A stretch of 64,000 bases of DNA, from contig CAVYRJ010000004.1 in NCBI GenBank assembly GCA_963770935.1, forward strand, positions 64,001-128,000, given 5' to 3'. Source of the stretch: Candidatus Bathyarchaeota archaeon (lineage in GTDB: Archaea; Thermoproteota; Bathyarchaeia; Bathyarchaeales; Bathycorpusculaceae). Both the position numbers and the translations under genes were made by a program. Shown piece after piece: positions 40,007 through 49,606 of this stretch. Within the stretch, counting starts at the first letter, position 1; the number at the start of each line of letters is the position of its first letter. Below the pieces are notes generated by a model. That model worked only from the letters and a program-made list of their open reading frames with translations, had not been told where the DNA came from and did no database searches.

Positions 40007-40036
40007 TGATTATTAAGACTTATTTATCAATAATCA
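40007..40036. promoter_or_regulatory. Perfect 8-bp inverted repeat, possible operator upstream of the tailspike-like gene
   Basis: TGATTATT-N14-AATAATCA, 40-70 nt upstream of the TTG at 39967. Confidence 0.35.
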
Positions 40037-40573
40037 ATAGTTAAGGTGTAGGCTGCCAGGGGTATGTATGTGATAATCCAACTGGCAGTCCCAGAAGAAA
40101 AATTGGTCATTCTCACCATTCTTAGCCAGCATAGGTGGAGAAAAAAATTGAATCACCTTGAGCCCAACTCTATTTAAGGAATTATTATTATTCTACGTAA
40201 GCAGATGTAAAGAAAACCAATTTACAACTGCTTGATACAAGCTTCCAAGGAAGTTTAGAGAAAGATACGCCAGAAGCGTTAAAAATACCGCTCCAGTAGC
40301 TTGCATCTTCTACTATCACAAAAAAATAATACCTCATTTCTGACTGTTTAACACCCTTAACCGAAAACCAAAAACAGAAATAAGCCACCCAGCCACGTCT
40401 GACAATAAATACCACAGTCGAAAACCGATCCAAAACCAATAGTAAAGTTGAACACAAAACATTCAACTTACACACAAACACAACATACTTCTCTTTTACT
40501 AAACCAAAAGTGATAAACGACACTTAATCAACATCAATTAACTTAAAACAATACATTAGATTGGGAAACGAAG

Positions 40574-42151
40574 ATGTCTAAGGCTACAGAGATGGCAAGG
40601 GTTTCAGCGAAAGGCGGCTTTCACCTACTCTGGGGTCTAGTACTATCCACATTGATATCGGCTGTTGGAACAATAATTATCGCTAGACTTCTGGGACCAG
40701 ATAACATGGGTTTATACGCAATTGCTCTTGCAGCACCTAACTTAATTGCTACATTCCGAGATTGGGGGGTAACTACAGCTATGATAAAGTATTCTGCTGA
40801 ACATAATAACGAAAATGATGTGGCAAAAGTCAGAAGCGTTTTTGTTTCTGGAATAGCCTTCGAAATAATTGTCGGTTCGGCTCTTTCCGTGTTGTCTCTG
40901 ATTCTTTCAGGTTTTCTAGCTGGATTCTATGGGCGCCCAGCTATTGTTCAGTTAATCCAGATTGCTTCACTTTCGATTTTAACTGCTGCCTTGGTTAACG
41001 CAGCAACTTCAGCTTTCACAGGTCTAGAAAAAATGCATTTGAACAGTATAATGTTAATTGTTCAATCAATAGTGAAGACCGGTATGATTCTTTTGCTTGT
41101 AGTTTTGGGTTTAGGTACGCTTGGCGCTGTTGTTGGTTTTTCAGTTGGGGTGATAGTTGCTGGGGTTACTGGGGTGTTGCTTGTTTATGCAATGTATCAA
41201 TCATTGCCTAAGCCAACTAATGGAAAATTAGAGTTTACAAAAACAACAAAGACCATGCTCAAGTATGGGTTGCCATTATCAATAGGGGCTATTTTGGCTG
41301 GGTTTCTTACCCAATTCTATAGCACTGTCACGTTTATTTTCGTTACTGACAATTCATTAATTGGCAATCACTCAGTGGCTACCAACTTCGTTGTTCTAAT
41401 CACATTCTTTGCTACCCCAGTGACAACCATGTTGTTTCCTGCCTTTTCAAAGTTGGATGCCAATAAAGACAGGGAGGTTCTCAAAAACGTTTTTCAATAT
41501 TCAGTAAAATATGCTGCTCTTATTGTTGTACCAGTTACAGCGATGGTAATGGCTTTAGCACAACCTGCTATTGGAACCATTTTCGATGATAAGTATGTCC
41601 AAGCACCACTTTACCTTGCATTGTTATCGGTGACTTACCTTTTGTCTGCTTTTGGCAGCTTAAGCACTGGTAACCTAATAAACGGTCAAGGATACACTAA
41701 ATATAACCTAAAATTAACACTACTCACTGTAACAATTGGTTTTCCATTAAGTTTTATCTTAATTTCTCAGTTCGGCATAATTGGCTTAATAGTTACATCG
41801 ATAATTGTTGGGCTTCCAAGTTTCTTTTTGAGCCTTCGTTTTATTAAAAAGAATTTTGGTGTTTCTTTAGATTGGGTTTCTTCTGCTAAAATTTTATTCT
41901 CTTCAGGGGCGGCAGCAATTTTAACTTATCTTGCAATTATTTGGATGCCGTTTAGCAATCCAATTCTATTAATCTTGGGTGTGTTAATTTTCGCGATTTC
42001 TTTTCTACTTTTAGCAGTGATAACCCGAACTATAAACAAGACTGATTTAGGTAACATTCATGAAATTGTTAATGCATTAGGGCCTCTTCGAAAACCATTG
42101 TTTATTGTGCTTAATTTAATCGAGAGGTTAATTGATACTTTTCAGAAATAA
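40574..42151 (+). CDS. Oligosaccharide flippase (Wzx/RfbX, MOP superfamily)
   Basis: About 14 TM. IIARLLGPDNMGLYAI, DWGVTTAMIKY, MLKYGLPLSI, LFPAFSKL. Confidence 0.9.
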   Translation: MSKATEMARVSAKGGFHLLWGLVLSTLISAVGTIIIARLLGPDNMGLYAIALAAPNLIATFRDWGVTTAMIKYSAEHNNENDVAKVRSVFVSGIAFEIIVGSALSVLSLILSGFLAGFYGRPAIVQLIQIASLSILTAALVNAATSAFTGLEKMHLNSIMLIVQSIVKTGMILLLVVLGLGTLGAVVGFSVGVIVAGVTGVLLVYAMYQSLPKPTNGKLEFTKTTKTMLKYGLPLSIGAILAGFLTQFYSTVTFIFVTDNSLIGNHSVATNFVVLITFFATPVTTMLFPAFSKLDANKDREVLKNVFQYSVKYAALIVVPVTAMVMALAQPAIGTIFDDKYVQAPLYLALLSVTYLLSAFGSLSTGNLINGQGYTKYNLKLTLLTVTIGFPLSFILISQFGIIGLIVTSIIVGLPSFFLSLRFIKKNFGVSLDWVSSAKILFSSGAAAILTYLAIIWMPFSNPILLILGVLIFAISFLLLAVITRTINKTDLGNIHEIVNALGPLRKPLFIVLNLIERLIDTFQK

Positions 42152-42209
42152 TTGAGTCCTTAAAAAAAGGACATTTAGATTGATCTTTTTTAGGAAAAGA
42201 GAAATGGGT

Positions 42210-42416
42210 TCACTGTGAAATTTCGATTAAGTATTGGTTTGATCCAAAGTACTCTCCGGTGTGGTGGCTTAATTTTCTGTATTTGCCGCAGTAGTTTCCC
42301 CCGGTATGTGTGCATGTATAGCTTGCGTTTGAATACAGGCTACATGAACGAGAGAATTTGCATTTTGCTTTTCGATAAATCAAAGAAGACATTAACATGT
42401 CTCTAGATTTTTTCAT
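42210..42416 (-). CDS. Small Cys-rich putative metal-binding protein
   Basis: CKFSRSCSLYSNASYTCTHTGGNYCGKYR (C-x5-C-x9-C-x7-C). Fills the gap between the flippase and rmlA. Confidence 0.5.
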   Translation of the reverse strand: MKKSRDMLMSSLIYRKAKCKFSRSCSLYSNASYTCTHTGGNYCGKYRKLSHHTGEYFGSNQYLIEISQ

Positions 42417-42583
42417 ATTTTCTCGCCTATTCTTAGTAGATGAGGGCTCGATACTTTATTATTAGATTATTTGTTAATAGTATTATGTGGTTGTAACTGC
42501 ACAACAACAACCGATTGGTGAAATATTGTTTAATAAGTTAAGGGCAAATCATACTATAACAAAGGCATTAGAGAGGGATTGAT

Positions 42584-43642
42584 TTGAAAGCTCTTGTTCT
42601 CAGCGGCGGAAAAGGCACCCGGCTCAGACCTTTAACTTTTACCTGCGCAAAACAACTTATTCCTGTAGCCAACAAACCCATTTTAGGTTACGTTCTTGAC
42701 CAAGTCGCGGCAACCAACATAAAAAAAGTAGGCATAATCACGGCACCGGAGACCGGTCAATTTGTTGAAGATTACGTTAAGGATGGTTCAAGCTGGAACC
42801 TTAATGTTTGTTATATTCCTCAAGAACCGCTCGGTTTGGCACATGCAGTTAAGACAGCTAGGCGTTTTTTGCGTCAAGATTCTTTTATTATGTGTTTAGG
42901 CGATAACGTGACAGGTCAAGGCTTGGAATCGTTTGTCAAGAAATTTAATAATGGGCACCTTGACGCGCTTATTATTCTCAAAGAGGTTGAGAATCCCTCA
43001 GCCTTTGGCATTGCGCAGTTGGATGACAAAGGCAATATAGTGAGGCTTGCGGAAAAGCCTAAGACACCGATGGGCAATTTAGCAATTATCGGAACTTACC
43101 TGTTCTCCAAAAAAGTCCATGAGGCTATAGAACGAATCAAGCCATCTTGGCGTGGCGAACTAGAAATTACCGACGCCATCCAAGAAATGATTAATATGGG
43201 CTTCTCTGTAAAAGCTGAAATATTAGATTCTTGGTGGCTTGACACAGGCAAAAAAGACGACATCTTATCCGCCAACGCCAAAATACTCGATGAGTACATT
43301 GAGTTGGACGTGAAAGGAACTGTAACCAACAGTACAATTGATGGTCGGGTTAAAGTCGCGCCTGACGCAAAAATAATAAATAGCACTATCAGGGGACCGT
43401 GCATCATTGGAAAGAACACTTATATTGAAAACTCGTTTATCGGACCTTACTCAAGCATCGGCGACAACTCTAAAATTATTTGCTCAAACATCCAGTACTG
43501 TGTTATACAGGACAGTGTAACCATTAAAGACATCGAACGCCTTGAAGACAGTTTAATCGGCAAAAACGCTAAGGTAAACCGTAACGAAAGGAACCGAACC
43601 ATAAAGCTACATGTGGGCGATTACTCAGAAATAGAAGTTTGA
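42584..43642 (+). CDS. rmlA: Glucose-1-phosphate thymidylyltransferase, long form
   Basis: LSGGKGTRLRPLTFTCAKQLIPVANKP, PLGLAHAV, PSWRGELEITDAI, WWLDTGK, C-terminal LbH. Confidence 0.93.
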   Translation: MKALVLSGGKGTRLRPLTFTCAKQLIPVANKPILGYVLDQVAATNIKKVGIITAPETGQFVEDYVKDGSSWNLNVCYIPQEPLGLAHAVKTARRFLRQDSFIMCLGDNVTGQGLESFVKKFNNGHLDALIILKEVENPSAFGIAQLDDKGNIVRLAEKPKTPMGNLAIIGTYLFSKKVHEAIERIKPSWRGELEITDAIQEMINMGFSVKAEILDSWWLDTGKKDDILSANAKILDEYIELDVKGTVTNSTIDGRVKVAPDAKIINSTIRGPCIIGKNTYIENSFIGPYSSIGDNSKIICSNIQYCVIQDSVTIKDIERLEDSLIGKNAKVNRNERNRTIKLHVGDYSEIEV

Positions 43643-43710
43643 CGGCCGAAAATAGGAACCATTATAAAGTTTTTTAAACGATATGTCTGAATGTAAACAA
43701 GGAATCGCTT

Positions 43711-44214
43711 ATGTTACAAGGGATAAAAATTAGGCCAATACGTCGTTTTCCCGACGAGAGAGGCTTCTTCTCAGAAGTTATGCGTAAGGATTGGAAGGAC
43801 CTTTTCGGAGAAGACACAGTTGCTCAAGCAAACTTGTCATTTACATATCCTGATGTTGTTCGTGCTTGGCACAGACACGTAAAGGGGCAAACCGATTACT
43901 TTTTGGCACTTAGAGGCATGATTAAAATTTGCGCTTTCAACGATGAGACACAGGAAGTTAATGAGGTTATTTCAAGCGGCTTTGATTTGCAGGTTGTTCG
44001 GATGCCCGGGAATTACTGGCATGGCTTTAAAGCGCTCGGAAATGAACCCGCTATGCTGCTGTATTTCACCACTAACCTGTATGATCCTGAGAACCCTGAC
44101 GAGGAGCGTCGACCTTGGAATGACCCAACACTTATTCCAAAAATCGTTAATGGCAATAAGAATGATACGCGTATTGGTAAACCTTGGGATTGGAATTTTC
44201 CCCCCCACAAGTGA
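43711..44214 (+). CDS. rmlC: dTDP-4-dehydrorhamnose 3,5-epimerase
   Basis: PDERGFFSE, VRAWHRH, YWHGFKA, DEERRPWND. Confidence 0.9.
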   Translation: MLQGIKIRPIRRFPDERGFFSEVMRKDWKDLFGEDTVAQANLSFTYPDVVRAWHRHVKGQTDYFLALRGMIKICAFNDETQEVNEVISSGFDLQVVRMPGNYWHGFKALGNEPAMLLYFTTNLYDPENPDEERRPWNDPTLIPKIVNGNKNDTRIGKPWDWNFPPHK

Positions 44215-44220
44215 TGAAAT

Positions 44221-45228
44221 ATGAAACTGTTAGTTACTGGTGGTTTAGGATTTATCGGAAGCAACTTCTGCAGGCTAATGCTTGCTAAACACCCTGACTA
44301 TGAATTGATAAATGTAGACAAAATTGGCATAGGAGCTAACCCGTCGAATTTGCATGATATCGAGAATGATAAGCGGTACACTTTCATTAAGGGCGATATT
44401 TGTAACCCGCTACTCATGAACCGTTTGGTTCATCAAGTGGATGCGGTTGTGAATATTGCGGCGGAAACGCATGTTGACCGAAGCATCTCTGACCCTAATG
44501 TGTTCCTGCAGAACAACACTGTTGGCACCTTCACGATTTTGGAAGCCATCCGAAAGCATAATCATAAAGCTAGGCTTTTGCAAGTCTCTACAGACGAGGT
44601 TTACGGTGAAGCCCTCGAAGGCTCATTTACGGAAAACACCTCGCCTAAACCTTCTAATCCTTACTCAGCTGCCAAAGCCGCCGCCGACATGTTCGTGCTG
44701 TCTTACCACAGAACTTATGGTTTAAACGTATCAATAACCCGGTGCACCAACAATTTCGGACCCTACCAGCTTCCTGAAAAATTAATTCCCAAAACAGTCA
44801 TCCGCGCTTTAAGGGACCTACCAATTCCAATTTATGGTAAAGGTACAAACATTCGCGACTGGATATACGTTCAAGACCATTGTGAAGCTCTAAACACAGT
44901 GCTTGAAAAGGGCAAACCGGGAGAAATCTATAATGTTTCTGCAGGAAACGAGATTGCAAACATTGAAATCGTTAAGAAAATTATCTGCTTGCTGAATAAA
45001 CCAGAGAGCCTGATCACCTACGTTGAAGACCGACCCGGCCATGACACACGCTACAGTTTAGATTCTGCAAAAACCAGAAATGAACTGGGTTGGAAGCCAA
45101 AGTTCAGCTTTGAGAAGTCTATAGAGTCGACAGTTAAATGGTATCTTGACAACGAGCACTGGTGGACACCGTTTGCAACCGAAGTTATTTTGCATCCGAC
45201 ACCATGGAAATTCGGTGGCATTCATTGA
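44221..45228 (+). CDS. rmlB: dTDP-glucose 4,6-dehydratase
   Basis: VTGGLGFIGSNF, AAETHVDRSI, VSTDEVYG, PYSAAKA, PEKLIP, DRPGHDTRY. Confidence 0.95.
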   Translation: MKLLVTGGLGFIGSNFCRLMLAKHPDYELINVDKIGIGANPSNLHDIENDKRYTFIKGDICNPLLMNRLVHQVDAVVNIAAETHVDRSISDPNVFLQNNTVGTFTILEAIRKHNHKARLLQVSTDEVYGEALEGSFTENTSPKPSNPYSAAKAAADMFVLSYHRTYGLNVSITRCTNNFGPYQLPEKLIPKTVIRALRDLPIPIYGKGTNIRDWIYVQDHCEALNTVLEKGKPGEIYNVSAGNEIANIEIVKKIICLLNKPESLITYVEDRPGHDTRYSLDSAKTRNELGWKPKFSFEKSIESTVKWYLDNEHWWTPFATEVILHPTPWKFGGIH

Positions 45229-46136
45229 GGCTTCTAATTACAGGTGCAAGTGGTCTTTACGGTTCAAGACTAGCTCAGCTGGCGCTTGCGAAGAACTTTG
45301 AAGTCTATTCATCGGATATTCAGAGCTTAACAGTTTACGGCACCTTCGTTAAGTTAGATATTTCTGAGAGAGCACAGGTTGTAGAAGCCTTCAAAAACAT
45401 AAAGCCTGATGTGGTAGTTCACGCTGCAAGCTTAACCGATGTAGACAAATGCGAACTGAACAAAGCGCTCGCCTGGAAAGTCAACGTCGACGGCACCAAA
45501 AATATAGTTGAATCAACAGAAAAAACGGGTTCTTTTCTAATCTACATATCCACTGATTACGTATTTAGCGGCGAGAAAGGTTGCTACGTGGAATCTGATG
45601 CATGTGACCCGGCAAACTATTACGGGTTAACCAAGCTTTTAGCCGAAGAAATCGTCCAAACCCAAGCCGAATACTTCATAGCGCGTCCCAGCGTCATCTA
45701 TGGTTCTACTCCTGCAGCAGGAAAAGTTAACTTCGCCCTATGGCTCATCGAAACCCTCCGAAAACGTGAACGTGTAAAAATTATTACTGACCAATGGAAC
45801 ACCCCTACACTCAACACTAATTTAGCTGAAATGACCTTGGAAGTTATTGAGCGTAGGTTAACCGGAACCTATCACTTGAGTGGTGCCACACGTGTTAGCC
45901 GAGTTGAATTTGCTGAGCAAATCGCTGATGAGTTTGGCTTGGATAAGGGCTTGATTGATTCTGTTTCGTCTTCAGATTTTACTTGGCCAGCTAGACGTCC
46001 AATGGATTCGTCACTTGATACCTCTAAAGCAAAGAAGACTTTAAAGAATAAGCCGCTCGAGATGGGTGAAGCGGTGGAAAGGTTGAGGGTTGAGCTCTCA
46101 GGAAAAGGTGCTCAACATAGCAAAACTGTTATTTAA
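45225..46136 (+). CDS. rmlD: dTDP-4-dehydrorhamnose reductase
   Basis: LITGASGLYG, TDVDKCE, YISTDYVFSG, YYGLTKL, ARRPMDSSLD. TTG start overlaps the rmlB stop. Confidence 0.93.
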   Translation: MRLLITGASGLYGSRLAQLALAKNFEVYSSDIQSLTVYGTFVKLDISERAQVVEAFKNIKPDVVVHAASLTDVDKCELNKALAWKVNVDGTKNIVESTEKTGSFLIYISTDYVFSGEKGCYVESDACDPANYYGLTKLLAEEIVQTQAEYFIARPSVIYGSTPAAGKVNFALWLIETLRKRERVKIITDQWNTPTLNTNLAEMTLEVIERRLTGTYHLSGATRVSRVEFAEQIADEFGLDKGLIDSVSSSDFTWPARRPMDSSLDTSKAKKTLKNKPLEMGEAVERLRVELSGKGAQHSKTVI

Positions 46137-46168
46137 TTGAACTTAACCCTTGACATGTTTGGTAATTG

Positions 46169-46531
46169 ATGAAACAACAAACCAATATTAAGCAAATTGC
46201 GCGGCAACGCATTCAAATTCTCTTCGAGCAAGCCAAAAAGATTGCCAAATCGAACCCTAAATTAGCAACACAATATGTTTTGTCGGCAAGAAAGATTGCC
46301 ATGGCCGCTAGAATTAGGTTGCCTGCTGAATTCAGGCGTGAAACCTGCAAAGAATGTAATGCCTTGTTTGTGCATGGTGTCAATTGCCGTGTTAGGGTAA
46401 AGCAGAAAAGGGAGCCTCACGTTTTAGTAACATGTTTAAACTGCGGCAACCAGACTCGTATGCTGTTAAGAGAGAAAAAGGAGCACAGAGAACTTGAGCA
46501 AGATAACTACTCGAATGAAGCGCCACGTTAG
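46169..46531 (+). CDS. rnp4: Ribonuclease P protein component 4 (Rpr2/Rpp21)
   Basis: IARQRIQILF, CKEC...CLNCG zinc ribbon, conserved position before yhbY and rps19e. Confidence 0.9.
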   Translation: MKQQTNIKQIARQRIQILFEQAKKIAKSNPKLATQYVLSARKIAMAARIRLPAEFRRETCKECNALFVHGVNCRVRVKQKREPHVLVTCLNCGNQTRMLLREKKEHRELEQDNYSNEAPR

Positions 46532-46796
46532 GCACGTTTTGAAAGATGAGAACCCGACGATTTGGGTTGGCAAAGACGGTTTGACGCCGCAGTTGGCTAG
46601 TGAAATTGAGAAGCAACTTCAAAGAAACAAGATGGTTAAGGTCAGAATTTTGCCAGCTGCAATGCAGGGAGAAGTTTCGGCTCAGGTTATTGCGGCTAAC
46701 GCTGCTGAGCAAACTAACGCTGCACTGGTTGAAGTCCGCGGTCACGTGTTCATTCTATTCCGAAAACGAAGAACGGAAGAACCAGAGCAGCCATAA
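46494..46796 (+). CDS. YhbY/CRM-domain RNA-binding protein
   Basis: PTIWVGKDGLT, MVKVRIL, EVRGHVFILFR. Confidence 0.9.
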   Translation: MSKITTRMKRHVRHVLKDENPTIWVGKDGLTPQLASEIEKQLQRNKMVKVRILPAAMQGEVSAQVIAANAAEQTNAALVEVRGHVFILFRKRRTEEPEQP

Positions 46797-47083
46797 ACAA
46801 GGTAGAGTTATTCTCTGTTAACGGGCTTTGGTGTTGCGATTAGGAACTAGTATGTGCTCAGTTTGTTGCACTTGCCTAAAGACAATGAGTATGCCGGCAG
46901 ACCTTTATGGGTGTAAGCGTCGCGCTCACTCACGTAAGAAATCAAGCGAAATCCAACTATTGAACCTAAACATAAGTGGCTTATAGAAAAAAGGGACTGC
47001 AAAAGTATGCTTGGTTGTTCAGAGAATATTTATATTAGGCTTCATTGTTTAACTGCAAGGAAAAACCAAAGGATAAGAGCAAC

Positions 47084-47548
47084 TTGACGACTCCTCATGA
47101 CGTTCCAGCTTCAAAATTTATCGATAGATTAGCAAAGTATCTTAGGGAAAACGTTGATGAAGTTCAGCCTCTTCCATGGGCAACTTTCGCTAAAACAGGC
47201 ATGCATGTTGAGAAGCAGCCTCAGAACCCTAACTGGTGGTACACCAGAAGCGCATCAGTTCTACGCAAAGTATACATTTATGGTCCAATCGGACTCGAAA
47301 AATTACGTTCTGAATATGGCGGCAGAAAGAACAGAGGCAGCAAACCTGACCGCGTGAAAAAAGCTGGTGGAAGCGGCATCCGCAAAGCACTACAACAGCT
47401 TGAAACAGCGGGTTTAATCCAGATTACAAAGCCTAAAGGAAGAACCATGACTCCTAAAGGACGAAAGCTTCTCCAAGAGGTTGCTGGAGACTTATCGAAA
47501 GAAATAGTTAAAACTGTCCCTGAGCTCAAGAAGTATCAAGGCGAATAG
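47084..47548 (+). CDS. rps19e: 30S ribosomal protein S19e
   Basis: TTPHDVPA, WWYTRSASVLRKVY, GPIG, GSGIRKALQQLE. TTG start. Confidence 0.95.
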   Translation: MTTPHDVPASKFIDRLAKYLRENVDEVQPLPWATFAKTGMHVEKQPQNPNWWYTRSASVLRKVYIYGPIGLEKLRSEYGGRKNRGSKPDRVKKAGGSGIRKALQQLETAGLIQITKPKGRTMTPKGRKLLQEVAGDLSKEIVKTVPELKKYQGE

Positions 47549-47553
47549 TGACA

Positions 47554-47883
47554 ATGTCCGATGACGAGCTTGACCAAATCCGCAAACGAAAACTTTTGTC
47601 GATGCAACATCGCATGAGTGATGAGCAAAGGCAAGCTCAAGCAGAACAGCAGATGGAAGATCAAAAACAGGCGTTGCTCAGCAAGATATTGGCGCCTGAA
47701 GCTCGGCAAAGGCTAAATAACCTGAAAATGGTTAGGAAAGAGTTTGCTGAGAATATCGAGATGCAGCTGATTGAGATGGCGCAAACTGGAAAGTTGCCCA
47801 TTCCACTGTCAGATGCACAGCTCAAACAGATCCTAGTTCAGCTTCAATCACGGAAGCGAGAGACAAAAATCAGAAGGATATAG
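47554..47883 (+). CDS. PDCD5-like dsDNA-binding protein
   Basis: DDELDQIRKRKL, ILAPEARQRLNNLKMV, LSDAQLKQIL, RETKIRRI. Confidence 0.9.
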   Translation: MSDDELDQIRKRKLLSMQHRMSDEQRQAQAEQQMEDQKQALLSKILAPEARQRLNNLKMVRKEFAENIEMQLIEMAQTGKLPIPLSDAQLKQILVQLQSRKRETKIRRI

Positions 47884-47885
47884 AA

Positions 47886-48044
47886 ATGGCAAGAGTTAAA
47901 CCAATAGGAAAAAAACTCAGATTAGCCAAAGCTGGCAAAGAATCACAGTCTGTTCCAACATGGGTAATCGCCAGAACTGATGGTAAAGTTAGGAATAATC
48001 CTAAGCAGAGACGCAACTGGAGAACAAGAAAAATAAAGGCATAG
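47886..48044 (+). CDS. rpl39e: 50S ribosomal protein L39e (not in ORF track)
   Basis: Hand translation: MARVKPIGKKLRLAKAGKESQSVPTWVIARTDGKVRNNPKQRRNWRTRKIKA*. Confidence 0.95.
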   Translation: MARVKPIGKKLRLAKAGKESQSVPTWVIARTDGKVRNNPKQRRNWRTRKIKA

Positions 48045-48059
48045 GAGAATTAGATCGCA

Positions 48060-48519
48060 ATGGCCCAAGAAACTAAAGTTAAGCAAGCACCAAAAGACGA
48101 AGAAACAGAAGAATTGGCTAATTTACCAGAAGAACTTGAAACTGAGGAAGGCGTCAAAGAGCAAGCGCCAGAAGAAGCCGTAGCAGGAAGCTAAGCCTAA
48201 GAAAAAGAAGAAAGACGAAGAAATCGTTGAAGAAAGATTCTACACCATACCATTGTCAAAAGCCTTGGTTAGACCACCAAAAAAACGTGCTCCACGTGCT
48301 ATGCAACTCATCAAAATTTTTGTCACCAAACACATGAAGCTTACAATGAAGGTTTCTGAAGAAGAGGAAGAAGAAGAGTTGCCTCAACTAGTCATCAGCA
48401 AAGAAGTTAACGAGAAAGTTTGGGACAGAGGAATCGAGAAACCTCCACGCAAAATCAAGACTCGTGTAACCAAGGATAAAGACGGCAACGTAACTGTCTA
48501 CTTAGCAGAAACACAATAA
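48060..48519 (+). CDS. rpl31e: 50S ribosomal protein L31e with acidic N-terminal extension; +1 indel near 48188
   Basis: EERFYTIPLSKA...KRAPRAMQLIKIFVTKHMK...VNEKVWDRGIEKPPRKIK. The acidic leader from ATG 48060 joins on removal of one base. Confidence 0.9.
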
Positions 48520-48549
48520 CTGTTTCTTTATTTTGTTTTTATTTCATTT
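48520..48549 (+). terminator. T-rich putative archaeal terminator
   Basis: TGTTTCTTTATTTTGTTTTTATTTCATTT directly after the rpl31e stop. Confidence 0.45.
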
Positions 48550-48695
48550 AACACTAACTGAGAATACCCTTTCTTATTCGCAAGTGTTGCAGAATTGAGC
48601 AATATTTTTTAAAACTTAAGGAGATACCGCAATCTAAAAAAAGGAGTATCGCATGAAACTTTCCGCTAAAGAACATTCACAGGAGAAATTAATTC

Positions 48696-49379
48696 TTGAC
48701 CGTTTACTTATCAAGCATCGTTGGAAGCGCAAGCATAGGCGTTTACTCACTTGCAACTGAGAACATAGTTATGGTTCCGCGGATGGTGCCGCTACAGAAA
48801 GCGCAAGAATTCGCGGACTGGCTAAAAGTGAAGCTTGCCTACACATCCATCAGCGGCTCAGTGTTGGTTGGTGCATTGGTATGCGCAAACTCCAACGGCA
48901 TGATGGTTTCAAACGCCATTAGAGAAGAAGAATTAACGGCGATAAAAACGGTTTTCGAAGGAAACATCACCGTAATGGAAACCAAAAAAACCGCTTACGG
49001 CAACCTGGTTTTAGCCAGCGATAAAGGTGCAGTGGTTGACCCAAGATTCAAAGAAACTGAAATCAAAAAAATCTCCCAAGCTTTAGGCGTGGAAGCGGTG
49101 CCAACAGAAATCGCGGGTTTACCATACGTCGGCTCTTTAGCTGTAGCAACAAACAAAGGCGTCTTAGCACACCCAATGCTTAAGGATGAGGAACGAAAAA
49201 TCTTGGAAAACGTCTTCAAAGTTCCCGTTGACGTGGGCACAATAAACTGTGGAGTTCCATATGTTGGCACAGGTTTACTTGCGAATAGTCATGCTGCTGT
49301 TGCTGGTTCTATGACAACTGGACCCGAGATGTTTATAATTGGGAATGCACTGGATGTTGTGCAGGAAGAAGAAAAATGA
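48696..49379 (+). CDS. eif6: Translation initiation factor 6 (aIF6)
   Basis: GSASIGVY, GSVLVGAL..ANSNG, GNLVLASDKGA, VGTINCGVPYVGTGL, TTGPE. Confidence 0.95.
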   Translation: MTVYLSSIVGSASIGVYSLATENIVMVPRMVPLQKAQEFADWLKVKLAYTSISGSVLVGALVCANSNGMMVSNAIREEELTAIKTVFEGNITVMETKKTAYGNLVLASDKGAVVDPRFKETEIKKISQALGVEAVPTEIAGLPYVGSLAVATNKGVLAHPMLKDEERKILENVFKVPVDVGTINCGVPYVGTGLLANSHAAVAGSMTTGPEMFIIGNALDVVQEEEK

Positions 49380-49603
49380 AAGCTTTCAAAGTAACTGGCC
49401 AAATAAACAAGCCAAGACTATCAACTCCATTCGTTAGAGAACTCGTAGCTGACAAAAGCGAACATGCTGTTGAGAAGGTTTACGCTGAAATAGGCAGCAG
49501 ACACCGCGTAAAACGCTACCACATCAAAATCATAAGTTCAGAAGAAATTTCTGTTGACCAAATTGAGAACCCCATCTTAAAGAAAATTGTAAGTGGGGAA
49601 TAA
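49376..49603 (+). CDS. rpl18a: 50S ribosomal protein L18Ae/LX
   Basis: MKAFKVTG, AVEKVYAEIGSRHRVKRYHIKI. Confidence 0.92.
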   Translation: MKAFKVTGQINKPRLSTPFVRELVADKSEHAVEKVYAEIGSRHRVKRYHIKIISSEEISVDQIENPILKKIVSGE

Positions 49604-49606
49604 TTC

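Noticed and set aside
40188-40523. 111-aa minus-strand ORF
   Set aside because: The Val/Phe/Cys-rich composition follows from the G/T-skewed tract, and there are no recognisable motifs.
38231-40570. Diversity-generating retroelement or provirus around the tailspike-like gene
   Set aside because: No reverse transcriptase, no TR/VR repeat pair, and no capsid, terminase or integrase genes were seen nearby.
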